Below, piece by piece: positions 50,298-62,559 of a stretch of 64,000 nucleotides of DNA. Both the position numbers and the translations under genes were made by a program. The notes below the pieces were generated by a model. The model saw only the letters and a program-made list of their open reading frames with translations, ran no database searches and was not told the origin of the DNA. Numbering within the stretch: the stretch's first letter is position 1; each line of letters opens with the position of its first letter. This stretch comes from Lama glama (Eukaryota), in contig CM052851.1 of NCBI GenBank assembly GCA_028534125.1, positions 16,554,001 to 16,618,000 on the forward strand, read 5' to 3'.

Positions 50298-53200
50298 TGA
50301 AATCAGCCAACGCAATGCAGGAAAAGTTTATATAATGACATGAATTTTTATGTTGATAATGCTTTACAGTAACTTTCATATTTCATAGGAATTTCTATTT
50401 GATACACTTGCTTGAGTGTGGCTATTTTGGCCTTGTTGCTCATGCATGGGAGTGGTTTTGGATGCAGCTCTATTAGTGCTATGGAGATAACGGAACATTA
50501 TGAAACTGGCCTTGAGTTTGCTGTGTTCTAATTCAGGAAGAGAATTTCATCAGTGAAATTTTCTCAGCCTGTGTTAATCAGAGTATGAATTGCACAGATT
50601 ATTTCCTGTACCTCTGAGAATATTTCAGTATAGGACGATGGGCCATCCATTTTACACCCTAGAAATTTCTATTATGATTAGTTTATCTCATGATCGTGAA
50701 GAATTTAATAGTTATATGCCAAATTTAATGAGTTTGTGGAGTAAAAATGTTTTTCTTTGTGGGTTAGGTAAATCTGTTAGATGCTAATTCAAGAAATCCA
50801 GGTATTCAGATTAAGATCTAAGTGCCAGCATCAATATGAAATTGGTGACACACCATACAGTTGGAAAGAAATTAGACTAAGAGCTAAGCCATTAAACCTA
50901 GGAGAGTCAGCTACTCTGCAAAAAAATCAAATAAGGAAAACAGTGATCCTGGTTTATGAGCAAACATAGTTATGCTATTTAGCACTTAGCATCAAATCTG
51001 GAATGATATAATTGGTGACTGTTTTGGGGTTCTCAAAACTTTTACCCTTCCCATGATGTGACCAAGGATACTTAAGGAATAAGTGCAATGCTAAGGTCAA
51101 ACAAAATCAAATATAAACAAACCAACCAACTTAAATATGTATATATTTACGTATATATGCATAATTAAAGTATTAACCTGGACCCTCTTTTAAATTATAA
51201 ATTTATTAATGATGACTATTTCTCATTGATCTTACTGTCAAAATTTACCTCTGCTATAATTGTAAATATCAGATAATACCCAGAAGCATGCTGACATGCT
51301 TAAATCCATCCACTTGGAACTCATGAATAATAAGGCAGTTCTTCTGTCTTGTCTTTATTTCCTCTGACAACCTGGAGCTTCCCAGAAGTGCAACTAACAC
51401 TGGGCATCAGTGAAGCTCACTGTTTAAAACTGGTTTAAAGGAGTAGGTCTGTTACTTTAAATTGGTCACCTGGGAGGTTCTGGCTTGTGGTTGGGGTATC
51501 CATCTAAATACAAAGACTTCCTGACTTAGGTCATTATTTCCTGAATGGTTGACCCAGCCTAGGAACGCCCACAAACTACCTTCATACGTGCATACGTCTT
51601 GACAGAAAACTGAAAAGAATAGAGTAGATGATAGCTGTTCCTGGGTGGGACTGCGGGATTGTCCTCCTGCCTTAGTTTCCTTTCATACTCTCAGCCATCA
51701 TGAGAATACCAAGAAATCTATTCTGAGACTTCAGTATTGACACATACATCTTCACATCCCCTCTGAAACTCCTAGAGAACAGAGTGGGCACTAGCTTACC
51801 ACCAAGAAAATTTTGTTTTTGGATAGTCTTTTCTGAAATTTGTGAACATCTTAGGTGTTCCAGTTTTACACTTATTTTCCTTATCTCCTCAGCATCATCT
51901 TAACATCCTTTCATCTGTATTTAAACTGCAAAAGCAAGCAAGTAAAAAATAGACGATGGCTAATTCCCAGGTGGGAATCTTGCCTTTTGTCCTATAATGA
52001 TCTTTGAAATCCTCAGTTGTCATTGAAGGAGCCATTGGCTGCCTGGCTAACATTCAATCTTGAATTGCATCTTGCTGAGAGCCTTTCCTGTCATAGGACT
52101 ATCACCATTGTCCCCATATCACAGCATTTCCTTTCTTCTTAAAACTCTTGGGTAGGAATGTTTCTTTAAGTTTCTCTCCTCTGGAATGTTGATCTCTCAG
52201 AGGAATGCATGCATAACTATGGGCCTCCATACAATGTTAGGCAACTGTCATCTGAAAATCTTTTGTTTAGTTTTGTAAGAATAGTGGATTATTTCTATTC
52301 CTAGTAACTCCTCCTTTATTAGGACCATCTTCTTTGAAATATAAATTCCTCTCAGGGAATACCATGCAACCCAGAGTCATCATACTGTTTTAGCTTTGTT
52401 TCTGCTGATATTCTTAACCATTATTCGAGTGCCCCTCTGACTGCTGTACATATCCTATTTACATTTCCTTAGAGAAATGAATAATACTATGAGGATTACT
52501 TTCTGATTAGGCTGGTCTCCTATGAGATCCTTGCTCATTATGGGAGTGGCCATCAGTGCCATAACTCCTAAAGGTCATTCTGTTTTAATCTCTTTGAAAG
52601 AAGACTTGTGAGAAAATGCATTTGTTTTTTCTACTTGCTTTACTAATTTGTAAAAGTATCAAAAGAAGTTTGTAAAGTGGAATGATCACAGCTGAATACT
52701 GAATTCGCATTCTACAGGACAAAAGGTGAACTACCTGAAAGTCAAATGGAAGGGGAGACATGAAAACACATACTCAATGCACAAACTAGCCCACGGCTCT
52801 TCTCTTTTTAAAATCTTGATGTGATTTTTATCTTAGGAACGGTATTTCTTCCCCTACATTCGTATACTGACCACGTGTATTTCCCGTGTCCCCTCATGCT
52901 CTCCCAGAGGTTTCAACAATTTGAATTAAAAGGGAGGTATGATTATGTCTCTGTTCCTTCATTTCCACACTTGCCCTGGACTCCATACGTGAATTTGACT
53001 ATTATTTCCTCTGCGTGCTTCTAGTGCTGCATCTTCAAAATTTCTTCTCTCACCTTTGCCAAAATAAGATTTCTGTTTTGTAGGACATAATTTTACTTTG
53101 GATTTATAGCATCATCTTTTTCAAAAGAGTATTAAGACTATGTGGGTTCACTATAGCTGTGTTCCCCTTGGCACCGAGGGAGGAACCTGAAGACAAAACC

Positions 53201-54910
53201 AGCTGTGTTTAGAAGTTTTCAGCTTTTCCACTTTTATCAGTTCGTGTTATGTAAAAAAGAATAAATGGCACTTTAATTATGCTCTCAGATGATACTAAAT
53301 TGGGAATGTTGCAAACCACAGGAAAGAGAGAGGAATAACACCACAGGGACTGAAGAGTTTTAGCTACGTGGGTGAGTAGAACCAAGAGAGCACAAGTCAC
53401 CCCAGAAAAAGTTCCTAGTAATTTAAAACCACCCTATGCTCAGAAATACGTATGTGAGTTTCTATGTGCACATGTTCTGTTACACTGTTTAACTTTAAAC
53501 ACATATAATTTCATGGAGGGAAAACAAGCCAGGACTGGCCATAATAATCTAGGGTACCTACTGCTTCCGCTCTGCAGTGGTTTGACCTTGATATTAGCTT
53601 GTATCAAATAACAGATTCTGTTTTCTTATTTATAAAGTGAGGGGCTTGCATAAAATTTATGAACCCTCCAACCTTTAAAGTACATGAATAAATATTTGAG
53701 TCACGGTTTTTATGGCAGCTAGATTATAGAAGATGGAACCACTTTAAAATAAATAAAATATTAACTAAATTGTCTCTTGATACTCTTATTCTTCAAATGA
53801 GTGCCCCTTATGACTTTTTACATCATCCCACTTTTCATCAGAAATTAGCTTTGTTCAGGCTCAAGCCACACTGATGACTTCAGCCAAAAGGCTCACATAT
53901 ATTTTGACCTCATGATATCTATGGGATGGAGGGCTTTTTTTAGGTATTTAAGGGGAAAGAAGGGTGCGCCAAAGCCAGCATCCACAAGCTGACCTAAGGA
54001 TGATCTGCCTAATTGTAGAAAATTTAGCTGAACCCTGGGGAAGTTTGATCATCATAAATGTAGGAAGTCGTAAGCACCAAGAGGCCTATTACTGGAAACG
54101 GCTGAGATCCAAGTGGTTAGAAATAAGCGCAATTTCTAGGACAGTAAGTTCACCAATAGACTGATTCATCTGCCCCAGGAGGGTGCCATCTACCATACAC
54201 TCGATACTCACATCTCACTCGGAGTTACAGCCTAATAAGGTTGGGACGAATTTGGCTGGGAATTAAGAGACCAGAAGGGGAAGTGCTGCCTGGACTGCTG
54301 TATGCAAAAACGGGTGTGAGAGGTTCTGATATGGCAAAAAATGAGATCTTTGTGACTGAGCCGTGTTTACAGAGGAGGCCTTGTCTGCCGGTACGTACTT
54401 GGGTCTTTTGGAAACAGTTTGGGTTTTGGCCTTTCTCTCACTAAGTGGTCCTTAGGAAAACCTACTCAGAAGGAACTACTGATTTCCTCTAGTCCGGGGA
54501 ATGACCAGTAATTACTGCTGCCTTCCAGGGGCTGACGGAGCGTTGACAACTGTCATCTAGGGCTGGCAGGGATCTTCAGGACGGAGGACTTTGCAGGTCT
54601 CTATTTTGCTCCCCGTAGTTGGCATTTCGTATCTTTTACAGGCTAAGAGCATGAGGAAAGGAACCAGATATAGGCAGGCTTCTTTTGTGTGTTTTCTGCC
54701 TTTCTCCCACAAGTAGGCTCTTGTCTTTGTTAAAATCACTATGGGCTGAGTCCATCTCAGGAACTATTGGTTCTTTTAATCCCCTACATTCCATCACTGA
54801 GTAGCCCATCTTGAGATTGCCCTGGCCTCCAAAAGGTTTCGGGCACATCAACCCTTTCTGCTTCCATTGTCTCGTCATACATTGAACACTGCCATAGAGA
54901 GAGGAGTGAA

Positions 54911-54983
54911 TAAATGCGCCCTTATTGGCTTATTAGCGCCCGTATTGGCTGATGAGTTAACATTTTTCAAAGCAGGTATAAAA
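54911..54983 (+). promoter_or_regulatory. Tandem 20-bp repeat with two inverted CCAAT boxes followed by TATAAAA (promoter-like)
   Basis: gcgcccttattggct / gcgcccgtattggct at a 20-bp period; TATAAAA 54977-54983. Confidence 0.3.
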
Positions 54984-55189
54984 TAAGAGGATGTAATGAT
55001 GCTGATGGTGATCATGGTGATCCAATGATGACCATTACTTCTTATCGGCTACATATTATGTGTAAGGCACATCTTCATTGAATGCCCACACAGCAACATA
55101 CTTCAATAGCAGGAGGTAATACTGTTCTTGCTCCCACTTTACAAATTAGGAAAACTGATTTGATTCAAAGAAATTAGCCACATTTTCCA

Positions 55190-55776
55190 GTATCACACTT
55201 TTTTATTGCAAGTGATGATGTTCATCTCAAACTGGCTTAAGTAATTGGGAATGTGTTGGCTCACATTACTGCAATGGCTATTGAAGGTTCTGTCTACAGC
55301 CTAAGACAGATTCAGGGGCTTAAATAATGAAATCAGAATTTACTCTCCCTCCATATCTTAGTCTTATTTCTTCTGTGTTTTCTATGTGTCATTTTAACTG
55401 ACTCCCCAGTGTGTTGGCAGTACTGGGCAGGATAGCTCTAAGCTGATACTGCATTTTTAGCATGCATTCACAAGGAAAGAAATAGCGCTTCAATCTCTGT
55501 AGTTTCAGAAAAGGCCTCAGGAAGGGCCCTGACTGGCCAGGTTTGGGTATGTGCCCATCCATGATCCAATCACTGTGGCACAAGTGGTGTAGAACTTCAG
55601 TTTAGTAGCTCATAGTCATACACCCACCTCTGAAGGACAAGACTGGGGAGGAGTCACCTTCACGTAAGTTATGTTTTTCTGTTCCCCACCAAAAAAGGAC
55701 TGTTCACACGGGAAGGGAGAGAGGAAGGGAGTGCCTGCGGGCAGTCGCAAATTTATACATTTCAACATCCTCTACT
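55190..55776 (-). mobile_element. MLT1K-like MaLR LTR inserted into a MIR (MIR pieces ~55040-55190 and ~55780-55840)
   Basis: ttgcaagtga...ctcaaactggcttaag...ttggctcacattactg...tgactggccagg...atgtgcccatccatgatccaatcactgtggc. Confidence 0.8.
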
Positions 55777-56119
55777 CTCAGTCAAACGGTGAGAGATCCA
55801 GGATTCAGACACAGATAATCTGTTCCTGACTTGAGCACTATTCTGAGCAGGCCTTGTGCTAGCTGATCTGTAGAACTTATTTACTACTCATCATAATTCC
55901 TGGGGATAAATATTATTTTCCTTGTGTTATAGGTAAGAAGCTAAAGTGAGGCAAGGTGAAGTGACTTGCCTGAGTGTCTAAAATTGCTAAGTGACCAAGC
56001 CAAGAACTAAACTTAAGACTCTCTGACGTTGTTTTAGGATTCTTTTCACTCAGCCATGGGCTTCATAACAAGCATCACCTGAATGGTTTTGAATGTGAGC
56101 AGGGAACAGGGAATGTGGT

Positions 56120-56500
56120 CTGTATAAATCGATTTTTCTGTTTAACGAATGACTACAACATCTCGGAGGCTTACAACACAGATACTTATTTTCATCACTC
56201 ATAGTCTGCTGGTCAGTTGAGGTAGCTCTGCTTTGGGCTTGATGATGGAGTTCAAGTCTCCTTCCTCTGCTGCCTTCTTGAACCCAGGCTAGAGTAGCAG
56301 AAGCTGTCCAGAGGCAGCTCTTTTCACAGGGGATCAATGAAATGACAGAAGACACCTTTCAAGTCTCTGCTTGCAACCTGTCCACTCACAGTCCATTGGC
56401 TGGAGTGAGTTATGTGGTCCAGCTCTATATGCATGAGCTAGGGAGATGCACTCTACCTACCCACCGTGGGAGGAGGGCAGTGAATAGTCTGGATAACCCA
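56120..56500 (-). mobile_element. MLT1H/I-like MaLR LTR
   Basis: tctcggaggcttacaacac...tctgctggtcagttgagg...gtctctgcttgcaacctgtccactcacagtccattggc. Confidence 0.75.
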
Positions 56501-57614
56501 GAGTATTCTGAGGTGCTTTGAAGATCCTGGAGTGAGGGTTCTCAGTTCAGATTTGTGCTATCTGTTGTTGTTACTATCTCAAAATGCAACTGACTAGAAA
56601 AGCACTGTCAACTAGAAGCCTAGAAACATAGAGGTCACAAGTCAAATTTAGGATATACTGACACCATATCGTGGTAAACCTATGACATACAGATAGTATG
56701 GCTGGCTGAGGGGTCTTTACATATTAATGACTGACATGGATATGATAATCACAATACCCTTTTGTGTACTGGCAGTGTTGGGTGGAGGGCAGCAATGTGT
56801 TAAGCTGTGGAGCAATATTTTAAGCTAAAACTGAAGGAGACATGCAACTCTGGAGTGAAAAATGACTGGCCATTGACAGCTGGGGAGCTAAATGCAACTA
56901 TTTGTTGAGGTGTGAAGTAATAGCTATCAAAGTCTTTTTATTCTAGCGTCAGTTCAGGACATTGGAGCTTCATAGATAAATTATGTTCTACTGGCTTGAT
57001 GCATGACTAATAGTTTACATTCATTCCATTCATAAATTCTCTCTATTCGTAAAGAGCTACAACCTGATTCTCCTTCCAGTAATACTTCCCCAGCTTACCC
57101 CAAAGCCATAGAAAACTAGTGAGGGTGATTCTGACATTATTCGTGTTCAAGTAAAGACAGTATTGCTCCTATAATTGAAACTACCGACAGTATTATTAAG
57201 AGAAAAGGAGTCAGAATTTCAGGTGGAATTGAAATTGAAGAGTTGGTTTCATTATTGAGGGTGAGAGATGTTGAATACATTTGATTGTCTGTTCAATAAG
57301 AAGTAAACATGCAGGGTACCAGTGTACTTAGAATGGTGACAGGCACTGTGGAGGAGAAAACATAGGCAAAACAGAAGGTAAGATTTCTAACCACAGTAGA
57401 GAGAGAAAATGCTCAAAATGGAAGTGACTTGTGCTAGGAATCAGAAATCCTGGATTTTACTATTAACTAGCTTTTGGACTTTAAAGGAATCATAAAACTT
57501 TTCTAGGATGGTATTTCCTTATCTAGAAAATAAAACAGCTTATCTAGGTGTGCTCCAGTGACAGCTCTGATTCAAACTTCACAGAATGTTAGGAAGGAGT
57601 TTGCTACCTAACTG

Positions 57615-58040
57615 GAAAGGCATAAAACATGTGAAGACTTCATGCGTTTTAATACTGCGTGTTGACTGCCTACCACTTTGTGGTAGGTTTTGTTCTCAGT
57701 GTTGGGGATATAGCTGTAAAAGAGAAAAAGTCTCACCCTGGAGAACTTAAATTCTGGTGGAGAGACTGTCAATAGATAAGTAAACAAATAATTATCTGAT
57801 TTTATTTCAGGCATTAATGAATGATGTGAAAAGTTAAAACAGGTTAAAGAGAGAGAGCGACTGGACAGGATAATTTATTTTAGCTAATTAGGGAAGTTCT
57901 ATCTGAGAGATAGCAATGGAAACTTGGATTAAATTGTTGGGTTACTTTTACAATTATTTTGGGAAAAATCATCTCTGAGGCAAATGCAATGAGCCTGAGA
58001 TCAGAATATATTTGATATGTTTAAGGAATAGCAAAAACAA
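57615..58040 (-). mobile_element. L2 fragment
   Basis: gttgactgcctaccact...gttggggatatagctgtaaa...ccctggagaacttaaattctggtggag. Confidence 0.75.
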
Positions 58041-58269
58041 TAGCTTAATTATACAGCACAATCTATATGACAAAATAAAAGAGTATAAACTCTATTTTGT
58101 GGCATGACCTAAAGGTGTTTTGAATTAATCAGAGGAGGAGATGAGCTGCATAATTCCTGTTACCAAGTTCTTGCTTCATTTCTTTTGTCTTATTGGTCAC
58201 CAAGTTCTGGATATTTTGCTGCCTTAACTTCTTATATCTACCCTTCATTTTTTTTCCAGTATCTAGAGC

Positions 58270-59190
58270 TAAACTCAGATGGTCAGTTGCAAATACGATT
58301 GGCTTTGAATCATCTTCTGCTAAAAACTAAAGGTGATCACTTAATTCCACTTATAAATAAATACATATATTTAGATGCATCCCTATCAGCCTCAGAAAAA
58401 TAGTCAGTTCAAACCGTTCAGCAAAAGATGACTTTTGTGATGTGTCCCTATGACTTCTTTAGCCTCCTCCATATCCAAACTTCCCTGCTTAACCGAATTC
58501 TGTGGCCATGCAAAACTAGTAAATCTAGGAAATCACTCTAATAAATCTAGACAGTTTATCTAGATTTATTTCAGTGACAACTCTGATTTCCAGAATGCTG
58601 CGCTCCCCCCTGCATCTTTATCTAAGACCTCTACCCTTCTGTCTAACTTCCTTCATATGTTTTAGGAACAGGTAGCGCATGTCTCCACTAGGGGCTTCTT
58701 AACGTCAGCATCTGTTTTTTTATTTTATTTTAAATTTAATTATATTTTTTATTTGAGGTATAGTTAGTTTACAATGTTATGTCAATTTCTGGTGTACAGC
58801 ATAATGGTTCAGTCATACATGTATATGCGTATATTCGTTTTCATATGCTTTTTCATTATAGGTTACTATAAGATATTTTGTATAGTTCCCTGTGCTATAC
58901 AGTAGAAACTCATTATTTATCTCTTTTATATATAGTAGTTAGTTAGTATCTGCAGATCTCAAACTACCAATTTATCCCTTCCCACTCTTTGTCCTCCCTG
59001 GTACCCACTGTCTCTGTAGCACTTACCATGCATGGAAGCATACAGCCGAATTGTCTATTGTTTCTTCATTACCTCTTTGCCCCACTAGACTGCGAGTTCC
59101 CCGAGGATCTGGAAATGTTACTAATCTCTGTATCTCTGGCATCCAGTTCAATGCCTGGCACTTGGTTCAATAGATGTCTCTAAAAATAAT
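58270..59190 (+). mobile_element. L2 fragment interrupted by a young L1 3' end
   Basis: cccactagactgcgagttccccgagg...tctgtatctctggcatccagttcaatgcctggcac. Confidence 0.7.
58715..59007 (-). mobile_element. Young cetartiodactyl (camelid-type) L1 3' end
   Basis: T-rich tail then tttacaatgttatgtcaatttctggtgtacagcataatg...ataggttactataagata...tagttccctgtgctatacagtag...aatttatcccttcccac. Confidence 0.85.
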
Positions 59191-60339
59191 GAGTGTGGGA
59201 CATAATATATGGATTGTTTAATTTTAAAAGCCAGGCTGCGTCTTTAAACCAGCCAATTATTTTACCCCATTTGTTTCTCTTCCCTCTCTTCTGCCGTTCA
59301 TATCTAAATTCATGTTTTTACATAAATCCAAGTGACTATTTCAAAAACTGGTATTTCAGGCTAGACAAAAGAATAACATACCATGTGGAAGAGTGGTCTT
59401 TGGAAAGGACTGTTTTTTCTTTAAACTCTTCTCATGGATATCCCATTGCTGATCATTATTATTTCACTAGAAGTTCTTTTAGTTATTCCCATTTGCTTCC
59501 AGGAACAATGAACTTTTTGCCTTAGTATTTTCATTTGTTGTCCAGGTCTCTTGAAATGTGTCAGGATTATTTTTCTCAGTTAGGTAAATAGCCATAGACC
59601 AAGTTAGATTAAGAAAAATCTTATCATCTTTTTGATTACTATCACCATAGTAATCTTTTTGGATTGTTTCCCCCCTCCTTATTCACTGAGTATCATTTTA
59701 TCCTTTTCTAAGAAGTGATAAAAAAGGGCATTGAGAGACTGGTCGTAGATCTTTTCTACTGCTCTTTACAACCAGTAATATAGGTGGCATTATATCCATT
59801 TTCCACCCGACAAAAATGAGATTCAAAGTTTGGTGCTTTGTCTGGGCAGCTAACACATGGAAGAGGTATAGTTGAACGTAAAACTCTTTTTACTCTATCA
59901 TGTCCCCTCGTTGAAGAATGACCTAAGGGAAGAGATATATATGCCACACAAAAATGGACATACACAGGTATACAAAAAATTAGCGACATTTTCTAAATGA
60001 TGTAAATTGCTTTTTGGGAAAGTCTGGAAAACAATTAAGCAGACTTTCTGATATTGGAGTGTAGGCAAAGGCCCTGAGAACTCCTCCATAGACATCCCTA
60101 ATTCCTCTGATCCAAGTTTGATCTCATATTTATAACAGAAAGCAGATTTAGAAGCATAATGTAAGCAATATCTACAGCTGGAAGAAGGAAGTTAATGACT
60201 TATTTTGAAATGACATTTTCTGATTCATTATTCATAGTAAGAAAACCACATGGTGATCCTGTTCCTGACTGTTTCACAGTGGTCAGTGGCATCATCATTG
60301 TCAAGATTTCATTCCTGAATATGAAATTATTAATGAATA

Positions 60340-60740
60340 TTCTACTATCTAATATTTATCAATCTTTTACAATGTTCCAGGCAGTATGTTAGGGTCTTTA
60401 TTTCTAATATTATCAGCATATTCATTAAGATAGGTGCCATTTTCTAACAAAATAAATGAGGATTAAAAATAGATAACTAGTACACGGTTGTACCTACTGA
60501 AAAATGGCAAAGCAAGATTTGAATCCAGTTCATCTGACTAGACAGGCTGTGCTCTAACCTTCCATTCTTTGTCAGCATTCTTGAGAATGCACTTGGCCTG
60601 GAGTCAAATGCTTCAGTTCCAAGTTTGGTGCTGACAAACTATGTGAGTTCAGGCAAATCACTTTCATTCTCTGAGCATGTTTTCTAATTTGTAAAGGGCA
60701 ATGGATGATGAGAACAATGATTTCTGATGTATCTTGCAAC
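60340..60740. mobile_element. Two MIR fragments (minus ~60340-60570, plus ~60590-60740)
   Basis: aatggcaaagcaagatttgaatccag; ctggagtcaaatgc...caggcaaatcactttcattctctgagc. Confidence 0.7.
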
Positions 60741-61639
60741 TGAAGAATAAAATGGCTGAAATGCCAAAATTGGAAGCTCATTAACTCACAGCAGGATGGA
60801 GTAATTTCGCAAGAGCATCCTGGCATAAATATCAGTGCTTGCTGCACCATAATACTTTTTAAATTAAATATTGTTTTTACTTAATATTTAGGTTATTCTC
60901 CTTATTAGCATTTCCTATAGAATTCCATCAGAGTGCTGATCATATTTTATTAATTCCAAATTAGGATACGCAAGATAGAGTGGGGAAATGTATTTATGGA
61001 AACTGCACGGCTGGATATTTAAAATGAGAACTGCCCTTGTGAAGCAGGCGTTCTGTTTTATATTTTGTCAGTGAAGAAACCACATCTTCAAAAACTCCAA
61101 GGATGACATGTGAAATCTACAGTTGGATAATCTGACTATTTACAACATAGTTTCCCCAAGTCTGGACTTGCCATGTTCTTGGGATAAATGTTTTTATTTT
61201 ACTGAATCTTCAGATTCAGCAGCACTTTCCTCTGTGAATTAGGAGAAAGGTGATTAGTACCTTGTGATGTTTTGTAAATCCAAGAAGATGAACTTTGGCA
61301 ATGACCATAATAGCTTGGAAGGTGCTGATGTAAGATGTTTTTTTAAAGTCAAAATCTCTAGATACAGCTCCAGTTTCTTGATAATTATTTTTCCTCAACT
61401 CTGCATAGATATATTCATACTGTACTGCATTTGTTACCTATGTAATTACTCTATGCTTCCAACTTCAACCAAAATTAATGAGAAAAAAGAGTTTCTGAGG
61501 GTGTGGGTACAGATGATAATTTCTTTTGTAGGAAACAGTTCTCCTATCATGTTCTTAGATGAACTGAAATATCCTCTGCATCCTCACCTTTTCCCCTCCT
61601 CCCCACCATCCTAACAACGTGAAAGAAGATGGCTTGCAT

Positions 61640-61875
61640 AAATCATTGACTTATACTAGTATTTGTTGAGTCCATCTACAGACATTATTTCATTAATTCT
61701 TCATCATAATACTAAAAGGTAAATATGATTTCCCTATTACAAATGAGGAAACTGATGCTAAAAGAAATTAAGGAATTTACCTAAGAACAAACATATGGCT
61801 AGCTAGGCAGTAAAAAACAGATCAATTTGCTTTTAACTTATAAACGTAGGATCTTTCTATGATGCTACACTGTCT
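61640..61875 (-). mobile_element. MIR SINE
   Basis: ttacaaatgaggaaactgatgctaaaagaaattaagg. Confidence 0.8.
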
Positions 61876-62104
61876 GGGAACTGAAACTCTTCACATCAGC
61901 ATAATAATCTTGCTCTCTTAGGAACATCAGTTTTCATAGGCACCCCTAATTGTATGTCTATAACATATTTTATGCATTTTTTATTGACGTAATTATCCAT
62001 CTATTTATTTATCTATTGTAACATACATGAACACATTACATCTAAAGCTCAGTAAAATTTTACAAAGTCAACGCATTCCTGCAACTAACATTTATATCAA
62101 CATA

Positions 62105-62550
62105 TGTCCTCTAGCAGTGGAGTCATATGGGAAGTGCTTAATTCTCCCAGCAATGATGTGCAATGACATTCACAGAATACTGCCAACCCAGAGAACTCCC
62201 CCAAGCCTTAGTGGTCTAGGGTTTTTACTGGAGATAAGTGAGTAGGTATGGAGCACCCATGTGACTGGCCTTGGTTACTCAATCTCCAGCCCAACCGGAA
62301 GTCAAACTGATATAGTGTGTTCCAAAGCCCCCATTATAAATCACATCATTAGCATAAATTACATGGCATGGCTCAAGACCCTGGGGATACGAGGATGCCT
62401 AATCAGGTAGAATATTCCAAGGACTTAAAGGTTATCTCCCAGGAGCCAGACCTTTGGGACGTGCAGGGTTTCAACACCCAAGCTCACTAAATTAACTATC
62501 TACTGTACACTGAGCACCCCAAGCCTGATAAGTTAATTCTTTATTGCATA
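62105..62550 (-). mobile_element. MER77/MER68-like ERVL LTR (partial)
   Basis: tgcttaattctcccagcaatgatgtg...ataaatcacatcattagcataaa...atattccaagg...tgcagggttt. Confidence 0.8.
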
Positions 62551-62559
62551 CCAGGTCTC

